Shown piece after piece: positions 30,010 to 43,599 of a stretch of DNA of 64,000 bases (positions within the stretch are counted from its first letter, which is position 1; the number at the start of each line of letters is the position of its first letter). The DNA is from the human T2T-CHM13v2.0 reference genome, Homo sapiens. The notes under the pieces are model-generated. The model did not search any database and was not told where the DNA came from. It was given only the letters and a program-made list of their open reading frames with translations. The translations under genes were made by a program, and so were the position numbers. The stretch lies in assembly GCF_009914755.1 (NCBI RefSeq), contig NC_060936.1. One strand, given 5' to 3'.

Positions 30010-33000
30010 TTCCATGCAAATGGAAACAAAAAAAGAATGAGGAAAAGCTGTAGTTATATCAAATAAAACAGATTCAAGACAAAAACTATAAGAAGAGACA
30101 AAGAAGCTCATTATATAATGCTCAATAGGTCAATTCAGTGAAAGGATGTAACAACTGTAAATATGTATTACACTGCACTGGAGCACTGAGACATATAATG
30201 CAAATATTATTAGAGTTGAAGAGAGAGTTAGAACCTAATGCAATAATAGCTGGAGACTTCAGCACCCCACTTTCAGCATTGGACAGATCATCCAGACAGA
30301 AAATCAACAAAGAAACATTGGATTTTATCTGCACTGTAGACCAGATGGACCTAATAGATATTTACAGACCATTTCATTCAGTGTCTGCAGAATACATATT
30401 CTTCCCCTCAGCAAATGGATCATTCTCAAGGACAGACCAGATGTGAGGCCACAAAATAAATCTTAAAATATATATTGAAATAATATCAAGTATCTTCTCT
30501 GACCACAATGAAATAAAACTAGAAATAAATAAGAAGAGAAACTTTGGAAACCATAAAAACACATGCAAATTAAACAATATGGTCTTGAATAACCAGTGGG
30601 TCAATGAAGAAATTAAGAAGGAAATCACAAAGTTTCTTGAAACAAATGGTAATGAAAACACAACATACCAAAACCTATGGAATGCAGCAAAAGCAGTACT
30701 AAGAGGGAATTTTATAGCTATAAATGCCTATATCAAAAAACTAGAAAAAACTTTATATAAATAACCTAACAATGCATCTTAAAGAACTAGGAAAGCAAGA
30801 GCAAACTAAACCCAAAATTAGCAGAAAAAAAGGAATAATAAAGATCAGAGCAGAAATAAATTAAATTGAAATAAAAAGTACAAAGGATTAAAGAAACAAA
30901 AAGTTGGTTTTTTGAAAAGATAAACAAAATCAAAAAACTTTTAGCCAGACTAAGAAAAAGAGAAGACTCAAATAAATGAAATCAGAGATGAGAAAGGAGA
31001 CATTACATGTGATACCACAGACATTAAAAAAATCATTAAAGACTACTATGAGCAACTATATGTACATAAATTGGAAAACCTAGAAAAAATGGTTAACTTC
31101 CTAGACACATATAACCTACCAAGATTGAATCAGGAACAAATCCAAAATCTCAATAAACCAATACTAAGTAATGAGACTGAAGTCAGAATAAAAAGTCTCC
31201 CAGCAAAGAAAAGCCTGTGACACGATGGCTCCACTGCTGAATTTTACCAAATATTTGAAGAAGTAATATCAATCCTACTCAAACTATTCTGAAAAATAAA
31301 GGAAGACGGAGTATTTCCAAACTCACTGTATGAAGCCAGTATTACCCTGATAGCAAAAGACACAGAGAAAGACACATCAAAAAAAAGAAAACTATAGACC
31401 AATAACCCTGATGAACATTAATGCAAAAATCCTAAACAAAATACTAGCAAGCAGAATTCAGCAACACACTAAAAAGATCATTTATTATGACCAAGTGGGG
31501 TTTATTCTAGGGATGCAAGGATGGTTCAATATATGCAAATTAATCAATGTGAGATATCAACAGAATGGAGGACAAAAGACATATGATCATTTCAGTTGAT
31601 GCTGAAAAAGCGTTTGATAAAATTCAATATTACTTCATGATAAAAGCCTTCAGAAAATTGGGTATAGAAGTAACATATCTCAACACAGTAAAAGCCATGT
31701 ATGGCAGACCCACAGCTAGTATCATAATGAATGGGGGAAAAAATGAAAGCCTTTTCTCTAAGATATGTAACAAGATAAGAATGCCCACTTTCACCACTGT
31801 TATTCAACATAGTACTGGAAGTCCTAGCTAGAGCAATCAGATAAGAGAAAGAAATAAAAGGCATCCAAACTGGAAAAGAAGAAGTCAAATTATCCTTGTT
31901 TGCAGATGATATAATTCATTTGGAAAAACCTAAAGACTCCACAAGAAAATTGTTAGAACTGATAAATTCAGTAAAGTTTCAGAATACAAAATCAACATAT
32001 CAAAATCAGTAGCATTTTTATATGCCAATAGTAAGCAATCTGAAAAAGAAATCAAGAAATTAATTCTATTTACAATAGCTACAAATAAAATGAGATACTT
32101 AGGAATAAATGTAACCACAAAGTGAAAGTTCTCTACAATGAAACCTACAAAATTTTAATACAAGAAATTGAAGTATACATAAAAAATGAGAAGACATTTC
32201 ATGTTCATGGATTAGTAGAACCAGTATTGTTAAAATGTCCATACAACACAAATTAATCTACAGATTCAATGCAGTCTCTATTAAAACACCAATAATATTC
32301 TTGATAAGAAAAGAAAAAATAATCCTAAAACTTACATGGAACCACAAAAGACCCAGAATACCCAAAGCCATCCTGAGAAAAAAGAACAAAACAGAAAGAA
32401 TCACAATACCTGACTTCAAATTATACTACAGAGCTATAGTGACCAAAACACCATGGTACTGGCATAAAACAGAGAGATAGACCAATAGAACAAAATAGGG
32501 AATCTAGAAATAAATCCATACATTTACATTGAATCATTTCCAACAAGCGTTTCAAGAACATACAACAGGGAAAGAACAGCCTTCAATAAATGATATTGGG
32601 AAAACTGGATATCCATATGCAGAAGAAAAAAGTAGACCATTACCTCCTCCATACACAAAAGTCAAATCAAAATGCAAAAAAGACTTAAATTTAAGACCTC
32701 AAACTGTGAAACTATTAAAAGAAAGAATTGAGGATACTCTCCAGGACATTGGACTTCTTGAGTAATACCCCACAAGCACAGATAACTAAAGATTTCTTGA
32801 GTAATACTCCACAAGCACAGATAACTAAAGCAAAAATGGACAAATGGGATCATATCAAACTAAAAGCTTCTATACAGCAAAGGAAACAATCAACAAAGGG
32901 AAGAGTCAACCCACGGAATGGGAGAAAATATTTGCAAACTATTCATCTGACAAGGGTTTAGTAACCAGAATATTTAAGGAGCTCAAATAACTCAATAGGG

Positions 33001-33996
33001 AAAAAAATCTAATAATCTGATTTAAAAATGGACAAAATATCTAAAAAACATTTCTTAAAAGGAAGACATACAAATGGCAAACAGGTATATGAAAAACTGC
33101 CCAACATCAGTGATCTTCAGACAAATGAAAATCAAGACTACAATGAGATATCATCTTATCCCAGTAAAAATGACTTTTACCCAAAAGCATTTTAACAAAT
33201 GCTGGCAAGGATGTGGAGAAAAGAGAATACTTGTACACTATTGGTGGGAATGTAAATTAGTACACGCACTATGGAGAACAGTTTGGAGGTTCCTCAAAAC
33301 ACTAGCTAGAACTGTCACAGGATTCAGCAATTCCATCACTGAATATTTATCCACAGGAAATGATATCCGTGTGTCAAAGAGATATCTGCACTCCCATGTT
33401 TATTGTAGCACTATTCACAATAGCCAAGATTTGGAAGCAAGCTAAGTGTCCATCAACAGACAAGTGGATAAAGGAAATGTGGCACATATATACAATGGAG
33501 TGCAATTCATCCATAAAAAGAATGAGAGCCTGTCATTTGCAACAACATGGATGGAACCGGAGGTGATTATATTAAGTGAAATAAGCAAGGCACAGAAAGG
33601 CAAACTTCCTAATTTCTCACTCATTTGTGGGATCTGAAAATTAAGACAATTGTACTCATGGAGATAGGGAGTAGAAGGATGTTTACCAGAGGCTGGGAAG
33701 GGTATTGGGAGTGGAGACGGTTAATAAGTAAAAAAATATAGTTAGTTAGAATGAATAAGATCTAGTATTTGATAGCATAACAGTGACTATAGTCAACAAT
33801 AGTTTATGTTTAAAAATAACTGAAAGAGTATAATTGGAATGTGTAGAACATATGATTGAGGTTAAGGATACCCCACTTACCCTGATGTGATTACTATTCA
33901 TCGTATGCTTGTATCATAATATCTCATGTACCCCATAAATATATACATGTACTATGTAACCATACAAATTAAAAATTAAAAATTAAATTTAAAAAA
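30010..33996 (+). mobile_element. L1MA3-like 5'-truncated L1: inactive ORF2 (endonuclease, RT, C-terminus) and 3'UTR
   Basis: Peptides [67 protein letters not shown], with many stops and frameshifts. L1MA-type 3'UTR and A-rich tail. Confidence 0.92.
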
Positions 33997-34738
33997 TCAG
34001 ATGAATTAAAGTATAAACTGTAAAAAATGAAATTGTGGAAGTATTAACAGAAACTGGAAGATAATTTTCTAAATCATATGGGAAAAAGGCTTTTCTCTCC
34101 AATACAAAACTCAGAAGTTATATGAGAAAATGATAGATTTGATTACATAATTTTTAACGAGTTTTCTACTCAATAGGCATATAGATGCCAGAATTAGTGG
34201 AGGAAATATCTGTATCACATAAAGATTAATTTCGTACTACAGTAAGAGCTCTGAAAAATCAAGAAGAAAGGACAAACAACCCAACAGGAAAAATACAAAG
34301 TTAGAATCAGCCCATCATAGCAAAATTACTAACCTCCAAAGGGGACAATCAAATAGTCAACAATCATATGAAAATAAATGCCCTATCTCACTACCAATCA
34401 AAAAAGTTTAAACACAATGAAATATTCTGCTTATTGGATCAGTGAAAGTAAAAATAATAATACTTTCTATCATAAGTGTGATGGCCAGGATACAGTTACT
34501 CTCCTTCTGAGAGAATTTTCAAAATCTTTGGAAGCAATTTTGTAATATCTGGTAGAATATGAAACATGTGTATCCTTTGATCTGCAATTTTATTTCTATT
34601 TTTATTCTAAAATTATTCAAGTATGCACAAAGATATGAGGATTCTTATTTCAGGATTATTTATTATATAAAAATTCAAGCTAAATAAAATGGTAGTGAAC
34701 ATGGGGTTGGTTAAACAAATGAAGGTATAGAGGGCAAG

Positions 34739-35112
34739 ATGGATTAGTTTCTGCAGCTGTAAGAAAATAATCTTAAATTCTCAGATGGTTAAATAAACAA
34801 AGATTTATTTTTCGTTCATGGTACATATTCATTGTGACTGAGATAGGTGCTGTGATCTGTGTCATGCTCACTCTGGGACCCAGGCTGATTTAGTTACCAC
34901 TATCTGGAACATTGCCAATTACTAGGACAGAGAGAAAGAAAGTGCTGAATTGAAAACACAGTGTCTTTAAAGCTCCACCTTAGAAGAAACGTGTCACTTA
35001 CGGTCACATTTCATTTCATTAAGTGGGCACACCTAACTTCATGGGGCAGAGGAATTTTGTCCTGATGTAGAGTTGAAATAATTAGTATATAACACTAATG
35101 ACTATGATTACA
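34739..35112 (-). mobile_element. MLT1I/J-like MaLR LTR
   Basis: AACAAAGATTTATTTTTCG...CACTCTGGGACCCAGGCTGA...CTATCTGGAACATTGCC...CACACCTAACTTCA...AACACTAATGACTA. Confidence 0.7.
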
Positions 35113-35404
35113 AATACCACACAATTGTTTAACAAGAATAAATTGGATCCATATGTATATGTATGAAATGCTATACAAAATAAATTAAGTGAAAAAATTA
35201 AAATGAAGACAAATTGTGAACTCTGTAGATAATGCTAACCTTCATTGAATTGCACATTTAAAATGGGTGAATTTTATGATATGTAAACCATGTATTAATA
35301 AGACTATTTTTAAAAAAGTACAGAACATGTAGGTATTATTTAGTATTGCATTTGGCTTGATGTAGCAGAAACTCAATTATAGTGGCTTAATCAAAAGAGA
35401 TTTT

Positions 35405-35725
35405 TGCTTCTAAGGGCTCCAGAAATGCAGGGGATTCAATCCCAACGGAGCTATCTTTGACCAGTTTGGGACATGAGCTGATAAATGCTTTCCCATTTCT
35501 TTCCCTGGGCAATCCATCCAGATAATGTGTTTTGTAAAGCTCCTTCAGAGAATCCTGCAAGACTGAACTCAGTTTTCCCATAGTGGTAGCCAACCTTTTC
35601 TCCTTCCCTGACCTACTTTACTCCTGCCTTCTGCTGTTGCTTCCTAGAATCACATCCCAAATTAAGTGTCTGATCACAAGCTTTTGTTTTTGGTTCTGCT
35701 TTTAAAAGAACCCAGTCTGATGCAA
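35405..35725 (+). mobile_element. LTR16-like ERVL LTR fragment
   Basis: GCAGGGGATTCAATCCC...CTTTGACCA...GCTTCCTAGAATCACATCCCAAATTAA...TCTGCTTTTAAAAGAACCCA. Confidence 0.6.
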
Positions 35726-37286
35726 ACCATAAAGATAGGAAAGCTATTTCAAGAAGGGCTTTACAAAATGACAGTACTTATGTTGGTCATTTACAATTCA
35801 GAAATATAGTTTTATTTATTCATGTATTATAAATTTGATACATAAGAATTTATCCCCTGTGAGACCACCAGTGATTCTCTAGCACCTAACACAATATCTA
35901 GTACAAAGTAAGTACAAAGGCCCGCTAGACCACCTACACTACCACCATATACATGTACGAAATCTCAAGCAATGCTTTTTTACATTAATACTCATTGCTG
36001 AGGTTTCCATCTTAAAATATTGATTCTCATACTTTGATTTAAATTCACCAAGTAAATTAAAATAAACTAAAAACACACATTTAGAACGACTCTTTAGAAC
36101 ATATTTGTAATTGGCCTACAGGACCACCTAGGACATAATGAGACCACCAATGGCCCTGAGATTCTAATTTGAGAACCATTCATCTGAACCGCAGCAAATG
36201 CACATTCTGGCAGAGAATGAAGTGAAATAAACATGCCTCATATTTGTTAATTTAGCTTTTGTCTTCTTTTTAAAAACAGACTTTTTTTTCTTATCCTTCT
36301 TGGTTGAATTGCAGAAAGGCAGCCTTAACATCATCACCTTCTCTAGTTCTGGAAAAACAGAAACATAAAAAGAGAAAGGCTAACAGTAGCCTTAAGATCC
36401 AACTCTATGGCTTATTGATTGGCCTGATATTAGTGAATTAAACATTCTGGAGAGCTGCCTGAGTCAACTTGCTATGTGCTTCTGAAGGTAATGAATTTAT
36501 CTCCAGTAGGTGTGTTAACTGCAGTTCATGTATATTTGCTCATTTAGGTGTACCGAAAAACTTAAAATGAGGTGTGGCTGACTTTTCTAGGTGCTGGTCT
36601 AAGATCTATTCTATCATTCCTTTTGATATTTTGCCCAGCTGAAAGTCTAGAGTACCCTATTTCTCAAGACTATTATCTGCTGCCAACATCTAATATTCAG
36701 GTAATTTTATGAACTACCCAATACCCTATCAATAAATACTTTTCCTACTTAAATCAGTCAGAGCCAGCTAAGATCCTAACCATTTGTAAGACTGATTTCC
36801 TTGAGTATTGTTATAAATATTTTACAACACAAAGTGAAAATAATATAAACTACTTAAAAGCAAAACATCCGTAGGTACTTTAAAGTAGTGTCATATTTTT
36901 TTTCCTCTGGGTAGGAATATATCCATTTGTACATTTCCATTATATGCTTCTAAAGGTTTTTGCTATTTTAATACCATGATACTATGATTTGGAAAAACCC
37001 GTAGTCTTCATGTGAGTGATGAGTCATTAAGAGAATCTGGAAGCTGATTAGTCCTGAGCCTCAAGGAATGTCTCACTAACTCCTCTATGAATAAAGAGCA
37101 GATGCTATACATTAGAGAGAAAATAGAAATGAATAGTGTCACCCTGAAAGGAAGCAAGCCTTTGCAAAGGGGCTTGTTCTGGCTTTTAAAGGCAAGTTCA
37201 GGTAAAGCTAAGAATTTAGAGCGTAAGCTAGTACTCCACAACTGGGGAACTTGGGCCTGGATTCTGACTTTGAAAAACTGATGGTA

Positions 37287-37992
37287 TAATCAGAAATTCA
37301 AAAAATAATAGATGCTGGTGCGGTTGGGGTGAAAAGGGAACACTTCTACACTATTGGTGGGAATGTAAACTAGTAAAACCACTATGGAAAACAGTGTGAA
37401 GATTCCTTAAACAACTAAAATTAGAACTACCATTTGATCCAGCAATCTCACTACTGGGTATCTACCCAGAGAAAAAGAAGTTATTATACTAAAAAGATAC
37501 TTGCACATACATGTTTATAGCAGCACAATTTGCAATTACAAAAATGTGGAACCAGCCCAAATGCTGATCAATCAATGAGTGGATAAAGAAACTGTGGTAT
37601 ATGCATACAATGGAATACTACTCAGCCATAAAAAGGAATTAATTAATGGCATTCACAGCAACCTGGATGGGATTGGAGACTATTCTAAGTGAAGTAACTC
37701 TGGAATGGAAAACCAACCATCGAATGCTGTCACTCACAAGTGGGAGATAAGGTCTGAGAATGCAAAGGCGTAAGAATGACACAATGGATTTTGGGGAGTC
37801 AGGGGGAAAGGGTGGGAGGGAGGTGAGGGATAAAATACTACAAATTAGGTTCAGTCTATACTGCTCAGGAGATGTATGGACCAAAATTTCACAAATCACC
37901 TCTAAAGACTTAGTCATGTAACCAAATACCACCTGTTGTTCCCCCCAAAGCCTATGGAAATAAAAAATTAAAAAAAAAAAACTAAATTAAAT
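37287..37992 (+). mobile_element. L1PB1-like 3' fragment with TSD
   Basis: ORF2 C-terminus, L1PB 3'UTR (GGGGGAAAGGGTGGGAGGG...CAAATCACC.CTAAAGA) and poly(A). TSD TGAAAAACTGATGGTA (37271-37286) / TGAATAACTGGTGGTA (37993-38008). Confidence 0.9.
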
Positions 37993-38277
37993 TGAATAAC
38001 TGGTGGTAAAACAAGCTTCACAAGCCAGTGTATGTGAGGAAAACAGAACAGGCCAGGTATGAGAATAGAATTTCCAGGTGTCCAGGACTATGGACTTCTT
38101 GGAAAGAGATAAAAGAAGCACAGGTGAAAGGACCTAAAGCCCAGGAAAAGACTTATGGGAATCAGGTAAGTAAGTATCTTCCTCACTTGGGAAATAGGAA
38201 GGTCCTAAAGAATCCAGAGCAATTATCTGGGGCAAAGGAATGGACGTAGGAACTCTCAACTAAGGATGAAATCAGGA

Positions 38278-38723
38278 GTACTGGATTGGATGGTGTCCTT
38301 CTAAAATTCATGTTTTTCCTAGAACCTCAGAATGTGACTGTATTCATAAATTGTCATTGTAGATGTAATTAGTGAAGATGAGGTCATAGTGGAATAGGGT
38401 GTGCCCTTAATTCACTATGACTGGTGTCCTTAAAAGAAGAAACACAGAAAGATGGACACACAGGGAGAATGCCATGTGATGATGGAGGTGGAGGTTGGAA
38501 CGATGCACATACAAGCCAAGGAATCCAACAATTGCCAGCAACACCAAAGCTGAGAGACAGACCCAGAGCAGATCTTTTCCCAGTACTTTTGGAGAGGGCA
38601 AGGACCTGCCAACACCTTGATTTCAGACTTGTTCACTCCAAAGCTATGAGAGAATAGATTTCTGTTGTTTGAGGTCACCTGGGTTGTGGTAATTAGCTAC
38701 TGCAGCTCTAGGAAACTAATACA
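38278..38723 (+). mobile_element. MLT1C-like MaLR solo LTR
   Basis: AAAATTCATG...GAACCTCAGAATGTGAC...ACAAGCCAAGGAA...CTGCCAACACCTTGATTTCAGACTT...CTAGGAAACTAATACA. Confidence 0.85.
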
Positions 38724-39406
38724 CCAAGAAAAAGGTGATAGGGACAAGTGTGACTCTTGCTAGACTGAAAGCTCATTTTAAAGTCACCTTGTGTGTTATT
38801 GTGAATTGTGTACTTATAATCCACCTTAGAAAAAGTTGAACTTGAGAAAATATATGGGTGCTAGAAACCCTACAAATTCATGGTAGAAAACCCACTCTTT
38901 GCTTAGATTTAAGTAAAAATAGTTCAGATATTTGTGCTTCATAAATTATGCTATTGGGGAGAGTGTGTGTGTATCTTGCAAACTCTCCTGTTTGCTATGA
39001 ATTATGGTAAGAGTGAAAGGGATTTCTCTCTCCTTTGCTCAGATGGGGAGAAGTCCACACACCCCAGGAGTCTAACGGCAATGACACTAGTGGAAAGACC
39101 CTGCTCTCTGACTTAGAAATAAACCTGTGAGACCTCTTGAAAGTAATAAATGGCTACTTGAGAAGAATCTATGGCTTCTTGAGAAGATGCATTTGACCTC
39201 AATCCTTTCACTCTTCCAACACAGTGTATAGCATATAATGAGCACCCAACACTAACTTGTGGGAGGAAGGAGACAGCAGTTTCAGGGCAGGTAAAACAGG
39301 TAAATTGACAAAGGTAACAGGTAAATTGACAATTGGAGACTTTACTTTTCTCCCTCCTGGAATCTCCCCTCCTAGAGTAGAGACAAAGTCTATTTTAAAA
39401 GAGCTT

Positions 39407-39484
39407 GGCCCGGCGCGGTGGCTCACACCTGTAATCCCAGCACTTTGGGAAGCTGAGGTGGGTGGATCACTTGGGGCCAGGAGT
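39407..39484 (+). mobile_element. 3'-truncated Alu (first ~78 nt only)
   Basis: GGCCCGGCGCGGTGGCTCACACCTGTAATCCCAGCACTTTGGGAAGCTGAGG...CCAGGAGT, then an abrupt end. Confidence 0.9.
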
Positions 39485-39784
39485 AAAAGACCTCTTCTTG
39501 ATTTCATTTGCTCAAGATAATCTTTTAGGCAAGGAAGACCAGTTTTCTTCTATCTGTATTTCTTCCTCCTGCTGTTTGGGAACTCTTCTAGTCTAAGTTT
39601 TCATCAGCTACTTGAGAAAACTGTTCCCTTTTTTGTGCCAACCTCGAGTTTGTTATATTAAATATCTTTGAAATATACACATACTATATGTATTTTAATA
39701 TTTATGGTGTCTTTATATTCTTATTCATAACTTTTGTATTTCATATCTATGAAAAGGCCAGCAGGCATTTTATATCCAAGTATC

Positions 39785-40390
39785 TAGTAACAGTAGTAGT
39801 AGTAGTAGTAGCAGTAATGATAATGGTGATGATTTTTAATGTTGTTAGCTATCATTTATTCAATACTTATGTTCCAGGCACTACCAGGCACTTTACATGG
39901 GTTATTTCTCTTAATCCTTACATTGGCTTTATAGTGTACCCATTATTTTTATTCTCTTTTTAAAAATGATGAAACTGAGACCTAAAAAGTTTAAGTAATT
40001 TTTCCATGGTCACAAGCTAGCAAGTGTTGAACTAAAGCTTCTTACTCCATGATATGGTTTTGCTGTGTCCCCAGTGAAATCTCATCTTGAATTGTAGCTC
40101 CCATAATCCCCATGTATCATGGGAGGAACCCAGTGAGAGGTAACTGAACCACGAGATCTGATGGTTTTATAAAGGGTAGTTCCCTTGCACACACTTTCTT
40201 GCCTGCCGCCACCTAAGATGTGATTTTGTTCCTCCTTTGCCTTCTGACATGATTGTGAGGCCTCCCCAGCCATGTGGAACTGTGAGTCCATTACACCTCT
40301 TTTTCTTTATGAAGTATCCAGTCTTGGGATACTTATTCATAGCAGTATGAAAATGAACTAATACACTCCGGAACATGTGCTTTCAACTGC
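39785..40390 (-). mobile_element. MIR with (AGT)n-expanded tail, interrupted by THE1
   Basis: GCTATCATTTATTCAATACTTATGTTCCAGGCAC...GATGAAACTGAGACCTAAAAAGTTTAAGTAA; resumes after 40370. Confidence 0.7.
40050..40365 (+). mobile_element. THE1 (THE1C/D-like) MaLR solo LTR with a small internal deletion
   Basis: TGATATGGTTTTGCTGTGTCCCC...GAACTAATACA. 5-bp TSD CTCCA/CTCCG. Confidence 0.92.
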
Positions 40391-42059
40391 CACTCATTCC
40401 ATTAGTCAAGAAACATTCATGGAGCACTTGTATACCAGATATAACTATTCGAGTGCCTACTCTGTCTACATCTGTCTCATAGAAATGCCCCATTTTCTGC
40501 CCCTGCCAAAGAGGCAACTCCCTGAAGCTGTGTTAATGACCGCATGACCCTGCCCACTAATTGTGGATGTCTGTACCAGGATTCAGCACCTAATCCGGGA
40601 CATAATCAATCTACAGCCTGGATAGTAATGTAGGATCTATATATGATTTCTGTTCTTGAAATTTCATGAAATATTGTTTTCCCTTTTTGCTTAATCTGAA
40701 ACACATTATTTGAGTTAGCTCAAGTGAATTTATGTCTCAAAAGCCAAGCACCATAACGAAAATACCCTACTATAGTCTAGGAAGGGTTGCAGACATTTGA
40801 AGGCACAGATGGTAGTGAGCAGTAGGTGGAGGAGATAATCTCCTTGCCCACATCTCACTGTACTTCTATGTGCTTACAGGTTGCTGGGCAAGAAGGCAGA
40901 GACAGATGGCAAACCCATATGGATAAATGAAGTTTCTGAAGAGTCAATAGAACTGTCCGTATTCATGGGTCTTTAGCCAATTTCCTAATTGTAAAGCTCC
41001 TCCAACCTCCTTGGGTTGTTCACCCTTTTAGGTGGCTTGGTGTTCTAGGACTGTTGTGTGGGTGAGGAAGGGGTGTAAAGGTTGCATAATCAGATGAAGT
41101 CTGAGGGTACTTTAGAGGATTGACTGGCAGTCACTCTTGCTGACCTGGCAGAAAAAGAGGGAATAGAATCAAGTCTTTTTCTCAGGGCAGGGGACCTTCT
41201 CCCTCCCTTCAGTGAGGGCGGGCAGATAACTGAACCATAACTCAGGGCTGCAGGGGCACCTGAATACTCTAAGAATGTGTCCCGCACTGACTCTTCACAA
41301 AGTCCTTTCTTCTGCAAAGCAGATCTCTTCCTTCTTGGGCCACCTCCTGGAATCAGCAGTTGCACTCACAAGAACCCTGTAGTTACCCCCTCAATTCTTT
41401 TCTCTTCCTCTGATATTTTGGGAGAATCCAGCCCCCATGCACTCTGTTTCCTCCTTGTGTGTCCCCCATTATCTTTTGGATCTTTCATAAGAGATTTTGA
41501 AGATCCCATAAACCCTGAGTCAAATCTTGGACAAAAGAAAACCTGCTTCTCTTTACTTTAGGGCAGGGTGGGCTTATTTGTCAAATACTTTTGGGGCATA
41601 GAAGAAACATTTGTATCCCATCATTCCAACATAGCAAAGAAATTGAAGAAAAGCAAAAGAGGTCTTTTTATATTAAAAAAGTTGACTTTTTATATCCTGT
41701 CACATGAACTATACTAAGAATAAATGTACCAAAAGAAAGTAGAGAAACGACACCAGATTGACCGCTAAAGAAGGTGACAGTTGAGAAGAAGAATGAGTAG
41801 GGTTTAAACAGACAAACAAATGACAAAGAATTTATTTGTAGGTAGAGGAAACTGCATATTCTTATGCAGAGAGGCGTAACAAAGTGGACATGGTTTCCTC
41901 ACAAGAGCACAGTATAAACTACTTTGGTTGAAAACAAAGAAACCAGAGGATATGATTCCTACTCTTTCCAATGTGTAATTTGATTTGAGAATGCAAAACA
42001 GATATGAATTTTTTAAAATCCCAAAATCAAACCAAACAAAACCTTCATTGCGCATACAC

Positions 42060-42225
42060 AATAATAGCTAACATTTACTAGATATCTATGAAGCACTTAA
42101 AAATATTGTCCCACATATAAAAACATTCTGTGTCTGGTTTAGTCTCTACAACAACTGAGGTAGATTCGTTTTTATCAGTCTCATTTCACCGAGACTAGAG
42201 AGAAGAAATCACTTGTTCATCATTA
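42060..42225 (-). mobile_element. MIR fragment
   Basis: ATAATAGCTAACATTTACT...CTCATTTCA. Confidence 0.55.
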
Positions 42226-42701
42226 GAGGGGTGGCAAATGTTGAGGCTGCCTCAAAGCAACAGGTCCACCTGAGCAAGCGAATATGTTAACATAAAGAGA
42301 ACATTTTGCTTTATTTGATTTTGGAACATGCTTCAAAGAATGCAACCAGATGGAGAACTTCTGGGGCCCATGAGGCTCTGACTGGACACCTAAGCATAAC
42401 TTTTGCTGAGAAAATGTGTCGACCTGCTGTGTGCCAAGTGAATTTGCACCCTTGGTAGCCAGACCATGAGGAGAAGCCACTGAGTGTGAAGGACACAAGG
42501 CCTGGCTTGGGGGCAAAGACCAAACGGTTAGAAACAGAAATGTGTTCCAGTGTTCAGGTTCAGTTCACAATGCAATGAACAAATTGTAATATTAGGTTCT
42601 TTTCCTCAATCATCACCAAGGTAGTGGGAACACTTTCTTTAGCTTGGCCTTGTAGAAGGACAGTGAGACCCTCTCTTTAGAGAGAGTAGGGAGTTGATGC
42701 T

Positions 42702-42757
42702 AGCTTTTTCCAGGACACCAGCTTTCTTCAGGACCAAAGCTTTTCTCCAGGACACCA
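42702..42757 (+). repeat. Short minisatellite, ~18-bp unit x3 (AGCTTT..CCAGGACACC)
   Basis: Copies start at 42702, 42720 and 42738. Confidence 0.75.
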
Positions 42758-42979
42758 GAAAAATGATGCCCAGGAGACAAGGGTCTCAGGATAAAAATAA
42801 AGAATGATTTCCACTTGAGGGCACACTCTTCTTTAGCCAGGAAAGCACCCTTGAAGGCTTATAGACCAGGCAGACACAGAAATGCCTGGGAGCTGAAGAG
42901 GCTAAATAGCTACCTTTTGTTTGATTTTTCTGTTCAACATTGTTTTCTCTATTTAGTACTTACACATTATGACATGTCA

Positions 42980-43230
42980 CAACAATAACAATAACAATAG
43001 CTACCAGTTAGCATTATGTAAGTAAGGCAGTGTTCCAAGTAGTTTTCACAAATTAACTCAATTAATATTCAAAACAAACTCTTGAGGGAGACTGCCATTA
43101 TTGTGTCCATTTTACAGATGAGAAAACTGAGGCATAGAGAGGTTCCCATTCTTCACACAACTAGCAAGGAGGCTGAACCAGTGATCCAACCTAGGCATTC
43201 TGGCTCTGAAGTGCATGTGAGCAACTCTTC
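42980..43230 (-). mobile_element. MIR, near full length
   Basis: CCATTTTACAGATGAGAAAACTGAGGCATAGAGAGGTT core and (AAT/AAC) tail. Confidence 0.85.
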
Positions 43231-43599
43231 CTCTCTATAAATACTTTTCGTGGGACTCCAGGAGTAAATTCAGCAATCATGAAAACCATTTTGTTTCTTA
43301 TAATTCATCTTTGACTCAGCCTCCCCATCATAAAATGGGTATAATATTATGGCGATTATTTATGTAATTCATCATGGTTTTTGGAACCGTAGTTGATGTT
43401 TAAATAGCACCAGGAGGCCCATTAAATGTGCAAGAAAATGTAGACAAGAAACATTTTCGGCATTGCTTATTGACGATGGCAGGGAAAGTTGAAGTTTCCT
43501 TTCAAGTTTTTACTACTCCCAGTGATTCCTTCTTTTGCCTATGGCCCATTTTTCTAGCTCTCCCATGGAGAAGAAAATAACATGGCTGAGTGAAGCCTC

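Larger units (their letters stand above)
29510..35320 (+). mobile_element. Old L1ME-type element fragmented by younger insertions (L1MA3-like and MLT1)
   Basis: YIQDLYEENYKSL-like ORF2 remnant near 29520. The sequence resumes after 33997 (CAGATGAATTAAAG...) and again after 35112. Confidence 0.6.

Noticed and set aside
30122-33637. Cluster of endonuclease/RT-like ORFs
   Set aside because: Heavily frameshifted L1MA ORF2 remnant.
37802-37829. G-quadruplex motif GGGGGAAAGGGTGGGAGGG
   Set aside because: Standard G-rich tract of the L1 3'UTR.
38078-38165. Perfect plus-strand donor CAG|GTAAGT at 38165; also minus-strand donors near 420, 5268 and 45375
   Set aside because: No convincing polypyrimidine acceptor partner; isolated consensus donors are expected by chance.
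42702-42757. Short spaced repeats as a CRISPR-like array; also 18546-18719
   Set aside because: Only 2-3 degenerate adjacent copies, no unique spacers, eukaryotic context, no cas genes.
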